Positions 8,475 through 16,911 of a stretch of DNA of 32,000 bases are shown in pieces (positions within the stretch are counted from its first letter, which is position 1; each line of letters opens with the position of its first letter). Source of the DNA: an uncultured delta proteobacterium (GTDB lineage Bacteria > Desulfobacterota > Desulfobacteria > Desulfobacterales > JAFDCJ01); contig CAVXZZ010000037.1 in assembly GCA_963766255.1 (NCBI GenBank), positions 16,960 through 48,959 on the forward strand, read 5' to 3'. The position numbers and the translations under genes are program-made. The notes under the pieces are model-generated. The model was not told the origin of the DNA and did no database searches. It was given only the letters and a program-made list of their open reading frames with translations.

Positions 8475-9430
8475 TTGGCAGCTGTTCTTCGTTGGGCAAG
8501 TATTTTAGTCATCATCGCGCCTATACCCATGGGATCGATATCTGATGCCCTCAATTTTATCAAGGTATCCACAAAGGCCTTAGCGGGCGGCGAAAGGGGT
8601 TGATTTTTTAAATACGCAATGCTGACATCCAAATATATTTGCGGATTTTTTAATGGCACAGAAGCCAGTTTTTTTTCCCTCAACTCTAATGCGACGGCCT
8701 CTTTTACCACCATCGAGATACCGTCACTGCGCTGAACCAGCTGTTTGATAAATTCGGTATTACTGGTCTCCATTAAAATATCGGGCTCACAGTTCGCATT
8801 CGCAAATGACTGCTCTACCAGTTTCCGCGTTCCCGATCCTTTTTCTTTCATAATAAATGGCTCTTTCGCCAGATCTTCGAAAGACACAGCCTTTTTGCGC
8901 CTAAAAGGATGTTCGGGCGCTACGATGAGCGCCATTTCCTCTTTACTGAAGGGATGGAAATTAACTTCGGGCACGTCCTCTGCTTTGGCAATCACGGCTA
9001 CTTCATTTTTAAATTCAAGAAGGCTGTAGGTCATGTCCAGGGAACTGCCTTCATTTAACTGGATTTTGATGTCGGGGTGGCTTTCGTGAAAGCTAGTCAG
9101 CATCAGCGGCATGAAATAGCGGGCGTAGGCTTTAGTGGTTCCCAGGCTGAGGACTCCCCGCTTGAGTTCGTGCATGTCTTCAATGGCATTTTCGATTTCT
9201 TTTTCATGTTTAAAAATTTTTTCCGCATACCCATAAAGTGTCCGCCCCTCGTCGGTCAGGAACAAATTGCGTCCTTTTTTCCTGAACAGCTTTAAATTGC
9301 AGACCTCCTCAAAAGCCTTCATCTGGGCGGTCACGGCCGGCTGGGTGATAAAAAGCTCACCGGCCGCAACCGTATAATTCAAATTTTTGGCCGCGTGGTA
9401 AAAGACGCGCAATTGGTTGAGGTTTAGCAT
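8471..9430 (-). CDS. LysR-type transcriptional regulator (LTTR)
   Basis: 319-aa ORF with the N-terminal wHTH LNQLRVFYHAAKNLNYTVAAGELFITQPAVTAQMKAFE and a C-terminal LysR substrate-binding fold. It is divergent from the pps-like cluster. Confidence 0.85.
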   Translation of the reverse strand: MLNLNQLRVFYHAAKNLNYTVAAGELFITQPAVTAQMKAFEEVCNLKLFRKKGRNLFLTDEGRTLYGYAEKIFKHEKEIENAIEDMHELKRGVLSLGTTKAYARYFMPLMLTSFHESHPDIKIQLNEGSSLDMTYSLLEFKNEVAVIAKAEDVPEVNFHPFSKEEMALIVAPEHPFRRKKAVSFEDLAKEPFIMKEKGSGTRKLVEQSFANANCEPDILMETSNTEFIKQLVQRSDGISMVVKEAVALELREKKLASVPLKNPQIYLDVSIAYLKNQPLSPPAKAFVDTLIKLRASDIDPMGIGAMMTKILAQRRTAAK

Positions 9431-9444
9431 GTTTCTCCAGAGAT

Positions 9445-9478
9445 CAGATGGCAGAAGACAGAAAACAGATGGCAGATG
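9445..9478. repeat. cagatg/gcagaa low-complexity repeat immediately upstream of the lysR start
   Basis: The sequence is cagatggcagaagacagaaaacagatggcagatg. The reverse complement of 9455-9478 matches 13237-13260 at 23 of 24 positions. Confidence 0.6.
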
Positions 9479-9613
9479 CCATTGAATTCAGAAGGGTCTG
9501 GCTTTCACCGCGTAACCCGCAACGCGCAACCCGTAACAGAATCCAGTGGCCAGCAGCCACTGACAAGTGACGAAAAATTTTGCCTAAAAATTATTTATAT
9601 ATCCAATTGATAG

Positions 9614-9628
9614 ATAAGCTGAGCTTAT
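9614..9628. promoter_or_regulatory. LTTR-type binding box (ATA-N9-TAT / T-N11-A palindrome)
   Basis: ataagc-tga-gcttat is a perfect 6-bp inverted repeat. Its centre lies about 65 nt upstream of the start site predicted from the promoter at 9651-9679, the classical LTTR recognition-site position. Confidence 0.45.
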
Positions 9629-9650
9629 GGGTAACATAAATTTAATTGGT

Positions 9651-9679
9651 TTGACAGTTTTATTTTAATTGTTCATAAA
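9651..9679 (+). promoter_or_regulatory. Candidate sigma70 promoter for the pps-like cluster
   Basis: TTGACA (9651-9656), a 17-nt spacer, then CATAAA (9674-9679). This would give a leader of about 180 nt before the ATG at 9869. Confidence 0.35.
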
Positions 9680-9714
9680 AAACTGAACGTTATTTAACAA
9701 TCCATGGATTTCAA

Positions 9715-9730
9715 AAAAGTGCGCACTTTT
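9715..9730. promoter_or_regulatory. Perfect 16-nt palindrome in the leader of the ppsA-like gene
   Basis: The palindrome aaaagtgcgcactttt is followed by gttttg. The 10-mer aaagtgcgca recurs in reverse complement at 11905-11914, upstream of the ppsB-like gene. Confidence 0.35.
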
Positions 9731-9868
9731 GTTTTGTGGTTCTGACCGGTGTCTTGTTCTCTGTCACTATCTCTTCCTGGTTTGATGGGCGCAATCAAAC
9801 ATCTCTATTCAAGCCGCTTGAGGCTTTTTCAAATATGAATCAATCTCACAACGCAAAGGAGGACGACA

Positions 9869-11725
9869 ATGGCAGATGACAAAGGCAGATTTCCGGATCC
9901 TCACGAGTTTAAAGTCCCCCCGGAGCTTGAAGGCTGGGAGGAAATGTATCCAACCCATCACCTGTTTTCGGAAGATCGGGCTGATTGGGAAAAAGCCCAA
10001 TTCTGGTATGCAGACAAAATCCACGCACCCGAACCTTTGCCTCCTCTGGACCTGATCTTTCAGGAAGCATGGCAGATCTCCCTGTCCCAGTATACGACCC
10101 GCGTATTTTGCATCCCCCCTGCCCAGGGAATTGCCCAGCGACTGGTGGGCTGTTATCTGTACATCTGCGCCATTGCCCCACCGCCCGATGAAATTATCGG
10201 TGAAAAAGCCGCACATTTTGAAAAACGGGTATTTTATGTCTTTGAACACTACGATGAATTGTGGGACAAATGGCTGACCAAATTTAAGGCCCTGGGGGAG
10301 GAAATGCGGGCGGTTAACGTGCCCTCGGAATTGCCTAAATATGTTGCCGATGACAAGGTTTTTCCAGCCCCCACGGGTTACTATGAAAGTTACGACCTGA
10401 TCGAGTCTTTCGACAAACTGGTCAACCAGATGTTCAAAGGCTGGCAGTATCATTTTGAAATGCTCAACTTGACCTACCTGGCCTATCTGATGTTTGCCGA
10501 TGTGTCCCGCAAGCTTTTCCCCGGAATCAGCGAAAGCGCCATCGGAAAGATGGTCGCCGGCGCCTATGTCTCCATGTTTCGACCGGAGGAGGAACTTTGC
10601 AGACTTTCCCGGCTGGCGGTGTCGTCTGATGGTGTCGGTGCTATTCTTGGCAGCGAAAAATCCGCCGCCGATAAGATTGCCGAGCTTCAACAATCAGAAG
10701 CCGGCAAGAACTGGCTGGCCGAATATGATAAATCAAGTGATCCCTGGTTTTATGTATCCAACGGCAGCGGCTGGTATCACCATGAGGGCAGCTGGCTGAC
10801 TGATCCTGACATTCCCTACAGTTATATCAAAGGCTACGTTCAAAGGCTGGAAAAAGGTGAGACCATTGAGCGCTCCCTGGATGAGATCGAGAAGGAACGC
10901 GATGAAATTGTCGCCGAGTACACCAAAATGATACAAACCGACGACGACCGCAAAGCCTTTGACGATGCCTACAACACCATTCGAACCATCTACCGCTACG
11001 CCGAGGATCATCTTTTCTGGGTGGAACATTGGTTTCACACCATCTGGTATAAAAAAATCAGAGAAATTGGATCCGTCCTGGTAGCCAGCGGAATGCTTAA
11101 TGATGTGGACGATATATTTATGTTCAACCGCTACGAAATTCCGCAGCTTCTGACGGAAGTGGCAACCGCCTGGGCCCTGGGTGTGGATATACCGACCCGG
11201 GGGGATCAGTATAAGGCCAAGGCCGCCAAACGCCGCAAAATCCTCGCGGCTGCCGCCGAATGGAACCCGACACCGGCGTTGGGCGTACCACCCGAAGAAG
11301 TGGCCGAGCCCTTCACCATCATGCTCTGGGGTATTACCACCGACAAGGTAAAAGAATGGCTCAAAGGTGTCGATGCAACCAGTGGCGCGGATGTCTCTGA
11401 AATCAAGGGGTTTGCCTCTTCGGCCGGCGTGGTTGAAGGTCCGGCCCGGGTCCTCAAGAGGCTCAAGGACATCACCAAGCTGCAACCGGGTGAAGTTCTG
11501 GTGTGTCCGTCAACCAATCCATCCTGGGCACCGGTTTTCACCAATATCAAGGCCGCGGTAACCGACATCGGTGGATTGACCAGCCATGCAGCAATTGTCT
11601 GCCGTGAATACGGCGTCCCGTCGGTAACCGGCTGCGGTTACGCTACAGCGGCTATCAAAACTGGAGATATTGTTAAAGTCGATGGTGATACCGGTGTTGT
11701 CACGATTGTCAAAAGAGCGGGTTAG
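9869..11725 (+). CDS. ppsA: Phenylphosphate synthase alpha-subunit-like protein (PEP-utilising enzyme with C-terminal mobile phosphohistidine domain)
   Basis: 618-aa ORF with an aggagg SD 7 nt upstream. The C-terminal GGLTSHAAIVCREYGVPSV is the PEP-utilizer phosphohistidine motif. The N-terminal EGWEEMYPTHHLF...FWYADKIHAPEPLPPLD resembles what I recall of Thauera PpsA. The size matches the 70-kDa subunit. Confidence 0.7.
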   Translation: MADDKGRFPDPHEFKVPPELEGWEEMYPTHHLFSEDRADWEKAQFWYADKIHAPEPLPPLDLIFQEAWQISLSQYTTRVFCIPPAQGIAQRLVGCYLYICAIAPPPDEIIGEKAAHFEKRVFYVFEHYDELWDKWLTKFKALGEEMRAVNVPSELPKYVADDKVFPAPTGYYESYDLIESFDKLVNQMFKGWQYHFEMLNLTYLAYLMFADVSRKLFPGISESAIGKMVAGAYVSMFRPEEELCRLSRLAVSSDGVGAILGSEKSAADKIAELQQSEAGKNWLAEYDKSSDPWFYVSNGSGWYHHEGSWLTDPDIPYSYIKGYVQRLEKGETIERSLDEIEKERDEIVAEYTKMIQTDDDRKAFDDAYNTIRTIYRYAEDHLFWVEHWFHTIWYKKIREIGSVLVASGMLNDVDDIFMFNRYEIPQLLTEVATAWALGVDIPTRGDQYKAKAAKRRKILAAAAEWNPTPALGVPPEEVAEPFTIMLWGITTDKVKEWLKGVDATSGADVSEIKGFASSAGVVEGPARVLKRLKDITKLQPGEVLVCPSTNPSWAPVFTNIKAAVTDIGGLTSHAAIVCREYGVPSVTGCGYATAAIKTGDIVKVDGDTGVVTIVKRAG

Positions 11726-11851
11726 TATTTAGTTGAAGTGTTGATTGGTTGATTAGTTGTGGCCGTAGCTGAAATTCAGCTGAATCATACCGATTCGATT
11801 TCAACCAATTAGAAAATGCGCAAAACCTTCTAATCCAAAACGATAGTTCTC

Positions 11852-11889
11852 TCCCGGTTCCCGCCCCCTGATGGGGCTGGGAACCGGGA
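11852..11889 (+). repeat. Extended GC-rich hairpin with CUGAU loop
   Basis: The structure is tcccggttcc-c-gcccc-ctgat-ggggc-tg-ggaaccggga. It has a 10-bp outer and a 5-bp inner stem. It is related to the cccggtttc-ctgaa-gaaaccggg hairpin at 16698-16724. Confidence 0.55.
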
Positions 11890-11947
11890 AGAAGGTGATT
11901 AACTTGCGCACTTTCAAAGATCCCCTATAATTTGCGGGAGAACGCTA

Positions 11948-13018
11948 ATGGACTTAATCCTGGATTTTAAAAAGCTCAATAAAAGTTCCCTGCCATTGGT
12001 CGGTGGTAAAAATGCCAGCCTGGGAGAAATGATCAATGCCGACATCCGGGTGCCTCCGGGCTTTGCCGTCACCACCGACAGCTATGCGGTGTTTATGGAA
12101 AAAGCCGGCATTAATGATACGATATTTAGTCTGCTGGCGGACCTGGATCCGGATAATATCGATGCACTCAACCAGGCCGCCGAAAAAGTCCAGGAAATGA
12201 TCAGAACTGCGGTCATCCCCGATGATGTCCAAAAAGGCATCAGCGACGGGTATTCTCTGCTGTGCGAACAATGCAAAGTTGATGCCCTTCCGGTGGCTGT
12301 AAGATCCAGCGCAACCGCCGAAGATCTGCCCACGGCCAGTTTCGCCGGGCAGCAGGACACGTATCTCTGGATAATGGGCGCTGACCGGGTTATTGAAAGC
12401 GTCCGCAAATGCTGGGCCAGCCTGTATACGCCGCGGGCCATCAGCTACCGGGTCAAAAATGACTTCCCCCATGAAAAGGTTCTGATCAGCGTCGGTGTTC
12501 AGAAAATGGTGAACTCAAGGGCAGCCGGCGTGATGTTCACCCTGAATCCCACCGACGGTGATATTTCCAAAGTTGTGCTTGAAGGCAGCTGGGGACTGGG
12601 AGAAACAGTCGTATCCGGTTCGGTCAACCCGGACAAATTCGTCGTCGACAAGGTCATGGGGGAGATCAATGACCGAACCATCTCTACCAAACACATCGAG
12701 TGTGTCTTTGACGTTGAAAAAGGAGAAACCATCGACGCCGATGTGGACGAAGACATGCAGTGCACCTGCTGTCTCGAGGACGAGGAAATAAAAGAACTGG
12801 TCAAAATAGCCAAAACAATAGAGGCCCACTACGGCCGCGCCATGGATATCGAGTGGGCCATCGACAAGGATTTTTCGTTCCCGGAAAGTATTTTCATTGT
12901 CCAGGCACGCCCGGAAACGGTCTGGAGCCAGCGCAAGGTAGAATCCAAGCTCGGCAAAAAAACCGGATATCAATTGTTGATGGATCAGGCCATGAAACGG
13001 ATTAAACTGCCGGGATAA
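11948..13018 (+). CDS. ppsB: Phenylphosphate synthase beta-subunit-like protein (PPDK_N ATP-grasp, PEP/pyruvate-binding domain)
   Basis: 356-aa ORF with the N-terminal LVGGKNASLGEM and the signatures RSSATAEDLPTASFAGQQDTYL and MDIEWA, which mark the nucleotide-binding domain of PEP synthase/PPDK. The size matches the 40-kDa PpsB. Confidence 0.7.
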   Translation: MDLILDFKKLNKSSLPLVGGKNASLGEMINADIRVPPGFAVTTDSYAVFMEKAGINDTIFSLLADLDPDNIDALNQAAEKVQEMIRTAVIPDDVQKGISDGYSLLCEQCKVDALPVAVRSSATAEDLPTASFAGQQDTYLWIMGADRVIESVRKCWASLYTPRAISYRVKNDFPHEKVLISVGVQKMVNSRAAGVMFTLNPTDGDISKVVLEGSWGLGETVVSGSVNPDKFVVDKVMGEINDRTISTKHIECVFDVEKGETIDADVDEDMQCTCCLEDEEIKELVKIAKTIEAHYGRAMDIEWAIDKDFSFPESIFIVQARPETVWSQRKVESKLGKKTGYQLLMDQAMKRIKLPG

Positions 13019-13027
13019 CGAAACAAA

Positions 13028-13231
13028 GAATTCGGAAGTAGGAATGCGGAATGTGGAAATCAAGGGAGGGTAAAGGGAGAAGGGCTTAGAATGCAAAATG
13101 GTAAAGGCCGCCAGCTAACGTCACGTTAAAGCCTGAGTATGTCACAGCAGGCAAGTGTTAAAACCCAGAAGTAAAAAACCAGATACGTGGCCTTTTGTAA
13201 TTCCACATTCCATATTTCAACTTGCGAATTC
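13028..13231. repeat. About 204-bp palindromic intergenic element
   Basis: The arm gaattcggaagtaggaatgcggaatgtggaaat (13028-13060) pairs with the reverse complement of 13199-13231 (gaattcgcaagttgaaatatggaatgtggaatt) at about 27 of 33 positions. Inner pairing involves aaaggcc (13103-13109) and ggcctttt (13190-13197). Confidence 0.6.
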
Positions 13232-13236
13232 AAATA

Positions 13237-13260
13237 CATCTGACATCTGTTTTCTGTCTT
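13237..13260. repeat. 24-nt motif shared with the lysR leader
   Basis: catctgacatctgttttctgtctt matches the reverse complement of 9455-9478 (catctgccatctgttttctgtctt) at 23 of 24 positions. Confidence 0.6.
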
Positions 13261-13360
13261 TGCTTGAGAGATACTTATGCATCTCCGAAGTAAGACCCAC
13301 TTAGGATAGAAATAAATATAATTCGTTAACTAAAAAATAAGAGAGGAGAACTGTATCAAA

Positions 13361-14794
13361 ATGAAAGACATGAGAGATTTTGTAGCAAAGGGCGAAGAAG
13401 TTGGTTTGTGCCAAAGGATCACCGCCGAAGTCGACTGGAACCTGGAACTGTCGCATATTGCCAAGCTCAATGAAGAGGCCGGCGGCCCGGCGCTTCTTTT
13501 TGAAAACGTGAAAGATTATGATACGCCGGTTATTACCAGTGTATGCACCACAACTAACAGGCTGGCTTTGATAATGGGCCAGCCCCTTGGATCCTCTCTG
13601 ACCGAGCTTTACGAAGAATGGGCCCGGCTCGGTGAAAACCTGGTTAAACCCAAAATGGTGGAATCCTCAGCCGCCCCCTGTAAGGAAAATATCCTGACGG
13701 GTGATGACATCGATCTTGCAAAGTTTCCGGTGCCGCACTGGTATCCCCGGGACGGCGGACGCTATATGGGCACCGCCCATTTCATCATCAGCAAAGACCC
13801 CGAAACCGGCTGGGTTAACCTGGGAACCTACCGCGGCCAGATGCTTGGCAAAGATAAGATGGGCACTTTGTTTATCAAGGGCAAACATGCCGACATCATG
13901 CTGAAAAAATACCAGGCCATGGGCAAGCCCATGCCGGTAGCTTCGGTAATCGGCTGCGATCCCTTGCTGTTTATCCTGGGCGCGGCCCGGGTCTCGGCAT
14001 TTACATCGGAATATGACGTCGCTGGGGCATTGCGCGGTGAACCCGTGGAAGTCGTCAAGGGGGAAACCGTGGACCTTCCCATACCGGCCCACGCGGAGAT
14101 CGTCATCGAAGGCGAAGTGGATGCCGACAAATTTATGGAAGAAGGCCCCTTCGGCGAATACACCGGGTATTATTCCGGTGTCGGCACGAACCCGCGCAAT
14201 TTCATCGATGTCAAATGCATAACCCACAGAAACAACCCCATTTTTTGGGGAACCACCGTGGGCCGGGCCGTCACCGACACCCATATGACCATGGCGCTTT
14301 CATACGGCGCAACCCTGTGGCAGCAGCTGCTGGCTATGAAAATTCCCGGACTCAAAGCGGTGTACTGCCCGCCCGAAGGCTCCGGACGATTCCTGGCCAT
14401 CATCTCCATTAAGCAGATGTATCCCGGACACGCCGACCAGGTACTCACCGCCGCCATCTCAACCGAGATGGGTGCCTACGGGCTCAAAACCGTCATCGTG
14501 GTGGACGAAGATATCGACCCCTGGGATATTCCCCGGGTCATGTATGCACTAAGCTTCCGCTTCCAGCCCAACCGGTCCCAGGTTATCAAACGCGGCCGGT
14601 CAACACCCCTGGATCCCTCGCTGCCCATCAGCGCCAGAGACATCACCGGCAGGTTGCTGCTGGATGCCACCATACCTTACGACTGGAAAGAGAAACCAAT
14701 CCCCATCAAATTGGATCCGGAAATGGTTGAAAAGGTCAAAGGCCGATGGAAGGAACTGGGCTTGGATAAAATTTCTTCGGATAAATACTTATAG
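13361..14794 (+). CDS. ubiD: UbiD-family prFMN-dependent (de)carboxylase, phenylphosphate carboxylase alpha/beta-subunit-like
   Basis: 477-aa ORF with UbiD hallmarks: GPALLFENVKDY, EGPFGEYTGYY and an IEGE acidic patch. ITAEVDWNLELSHIAKL at the N-terminus and ATIPYDWKEKP at the C-terminus resemble what I recall of PpcA/PpcB. Confidence 0.8.
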   Translation: MKDMRDFVAKGEEVGLCQRITAEVDWNLELSHIAKLNEEAGGPALLFENVKDYDTPVITSVCTTTNRLALIMGQPLGSSLTELYEEWARLGENLVKPKMVESSAAPCKENILTGDDIDLAKFPVPHWYPRDGGRYMGTAHFIISKDPETGWVNLGTYRGQMLGKDKMGTLFIKGKHADIMLKKYQAMGKPMPVASVIGCDPLLFILGAARVSAFTSEYDVAGALRGEPVEVVKGETVDLPIPAHAEIVIEGEVDADKFMEEGPFGEYTGYYSGVGTNPRNFIDVKCITHRNNPIFWGTTVGRAVTDTHMTMALSYGATLWQQLLAMKIPGLKAVYCPPEGSGRFLAIISIKQMYPGHADQVLTAAISTEMGAYGLKTVIVVDEDIDPWDIPRVMYALSFRFQPNRSQVIKRGRSTPLDPSLPISARDITGRLLLDATIPYDWKEKPIPIKLDPEMVEKVKGRWKELGLDKISSDKYL

Positions 14795-14866
14795 CCGATA
14801 GCCCATAGCCCCGCCTTAGGCGGGGCTCATAGCAAAGGATTTCACTGCTATGGGCGTCAGCTATTG
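14794..14866. repeat. Inverted-repeat element with central GC hairpin just after the ubiD-like stop
   Basis: The arm gcccatagc (14801-14809) pairs with gctatgggc (14847-14855). The central hairpin is agccccgcc-tta-ggcggggct (14807-14827). No U-tract follows, so it is not a canonical terminator. Confidence 0.5.
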
Positions 14867-14972
14867 TTTAATAAATATCTTAGGCTATTTGCTTTCATTC
14901 AAAGTTAAAAGACCGCTGTTCTAACAATCAGATTACAGCTATGAACTATGGGCTTCTACTAGGAGGTATTAA

Positions 14973-16628
14973 GTGAAACCAATTCGCTATACACAGGAAA
15001 TGGTGGATGAATTTTTAAATGACGGATATTGGACCCAGGAGCTTTTTTATGATTTCTGGGAAAGAAACGCCCGCGAATTCGGCGACCAGGAAGCCCTGGT
15101 GGATTCAAAGTACCGCGTCACCTGGGCCGAGGCTAAAAAATTGGTGGATGCCATCGCCTACACCTGGGTACAGATGGGCATTCCCAAATCGTCCCGCATT
15201 ATTATTCAGTCGCCCAACAGTGTCTATGGATTCCTGGCACGCATCGCAGCTGAAAGGGCCGGTCTTATTTCTCTGACCGTCTACCCCTATTTGCGGGAAA
15301 GAGAATTGACCTACATGGTGGAGAGAACCGAGGCATCCGCCGTTGTTATTTTGAATGAATACCGCAATTTCAATTATCTTGAAATGTACCGCGATCTTCA
15401 GAAGAAATTCCCCCATCTGGAAAAGATTTTTCTCTTCGACGATGAAGTTCCGGCCGGAGCACCGGAAGGAACCTATTCGCTAACCCAACTGGCCCAGGCG
15501 GCGGCTGAAAAGCCCATCGACGAAGAGGCCCTTAAAGCACGCCGATTGGACCCAATTTGGGATATCGCCCTGCTGACAACGACATCGGGAACCACCGGCA
15601 TACCCAAACTGGTGGAATGGCCCACCGCCCCCCGGGTATGCACCTCGAAAGGCCGGGTGGATATCTGGGGCCTTACCAACAAAGATACCACCATGGCGAT
15701 TGCACCCCACGCCGGTGGTGCCGCCGGCACCCTCACCTATTTTGCCGCTCCCATAGCCGGTGCCAAGACGGTCATGCTGGAGGAATTCAATCCGGAAGCC
15801 GCTTTAGCCCTGATTGAAAAAGAGAAAGCCACCGCCATCGGGGTGGTGCCGACCCATCTGGTGCGAATGCTCGAAGTAGATGCCTCCAAGTACGACTTGA
15901 GCTCCCTGCGCTTTATCCGTTCCGCCGGTGGCTATCTCTCTCCCCAGATTGCTGAAGAAGCCGAAACCGCCTTTGGTGCCAACATTACCAGTGACCTGGG
16001 CACCCAGGACATGGGATCGGTTTCGGGTTGCCGGGTGGAGGATTCCAAAGACCTTCGCCGCCGAACCGTCGGGCGCATGCTACCGGGCAACAAGGTGAGA
16101 CTGCTCGACAAGGACACCAACGAGCCGGTGGCCGATGGCGAACCCGGGGTGTTGTATTTCAGAGGCCCCCATGCACCGGCCGGCTATTATCGCGACGAAG
16201 AATTGACGTCCACGGTTTTCGATCCCAAGGGCTGGACCACTACCGGTGATATTGTGAAATTTGACCAGGAATGCCTGTGGATCCTGGGCCGGGCCAAGGA
16301 CATGATTATTCGCGGCGGTCAGAATATTTATCCCGCGGAAATCGAAGGCCTGCTCAATGATCATCCCAAGGTCGCCTCGGTGGCCGTTGTGGGATATCCG
16401 GACCGGGAAATGGGGGAACGGACCTGCGCTTATGTCATCGCCAAAGGCGGCCAGGATTTCAGTTTTGAAGAAATGGTTGAATTTCTCAAGGGCAAAAAAC
16501 TGGCCATGTACAAACTGCCCGAACGCCTCGAAGTCGTTTCCGAATTCCCGGCCGTAGGTGATTCCGGGAAAGTAAATAAAGAAACGCTCAAAAAGGAAAT
16601 TGCAGAAAAAGTAGCCAAGGGCGAATAA
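14973..16628 (+). CDS. AMP-forming acyl/aryl-CoA ligase (ANL superfamily, aryl-acid DhbE/EntE-like N-terminus)
   Basis: 551-aa ORF with a GTG start and an aggagg SD. The AMP-binding motif is TTTSGTTGIPK. The N-terminal GYWTQELFYDFWERNAREFGDQEALVD resembles aryl-acid adenylating enzymes. The C-terminal A10 lysine context is GDSGKVNK. Confidence 0.8.
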   Translation: MKPIRYTQEMVDEFLNDGYWTQELFYDFWERNAREFGDQEALVDSKYRVTWAEAKKLVDAIAYTWVQMGIPKSSRIIIQSPNSVYGFLARIAAERAGLISLTVYPYLRERELTYMVERTEASAVVILNEYRNFNYLEMYRDLQKKFPHLEKIFLFDDEVPAGAPEGTYSLTQLAQAAAEKPIDEEALKARRLDPIWDIALLTTTSGTTGIPKLVEWPTAPRVCTSKGRVDIWGLTNKDTTMAIAPHAGGAAGTLTYFAAPIAGAKTVMLEEFNPEAALALIEKEKATAIGVVPTHLVRMLEVDASKYDLSSLRFIRSAGGYLSPQIAEEAETAFGANITSDLGTQDMGSVSGCRVEDSKDLRRRTVGRMLPGNKVRLLDKDTNEPVADGEPGVLYFRGPHAPAGYYRDEELTSTVFDPKGWTTTGDIVKFDQECLWILGRAKDMIIRGGQNIYPAEIEGLLNDHPKVASVAVVGYPDREMGERTCAYVIAKGGQDFSFEEMVEFLKGKKLAMYKLPERLEVVSEFPAVGDSGKVNKETLKKEIAEKVAKGE

Positions 16629-16634
16629 ATTGAG

Positions 16635-16911
16635 GAATGGATTCTGTTTAAATTTAAAAAAGTAGACAGGATTTACAGGATTATTAGGATTATTTTATTC
16701 CCGGTTTCCTGAAGAAACCGGGAATAGCCTATCCGCTTCGCGGAAGGAGTATCTTGTCACTACCAAACCTTCTAAACTAATATAGGATGTGGTCTTAACT
16801 CTTTTCCGCCGGCAGGCGGATGATACTTTCACGGTTTCTTCTGGAAACCGTGAAAATCTTGTAGATCCTGTTAATCCTGTCAAAATGTTTTTTAAAAATA
16901 GAATCCATTCA
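16635..16911. repeat. About 277-bp MITE-like element with roughly 55-bp imperfect terminal inverted repeats
   Basis: The left arm is gaatggattctgtttaaatttaaaaaagtagacaggatttacaggattattaggatt (16635-16690). The reverse complement of 16853-16911 is gaatggattctatttttaaaaaacattttgacaggattaacaggatctacaagatt. Internal hairpins lie at 16698-16724 (loop ctgaa), 16806-16819 and 16829-16851. No ORF is present. Confidence 0.65.

Noticed and set aside
11926-11931. A perfect tataat hexamer upstream of the ppsB-like gene, considered as an internal promoter.
   Set aside because: It is only 16 nt from the ATG, so a transcript starting there would lack the gggag SD. No acceptable -35 hexamer is present at 16-18 nt spacing.
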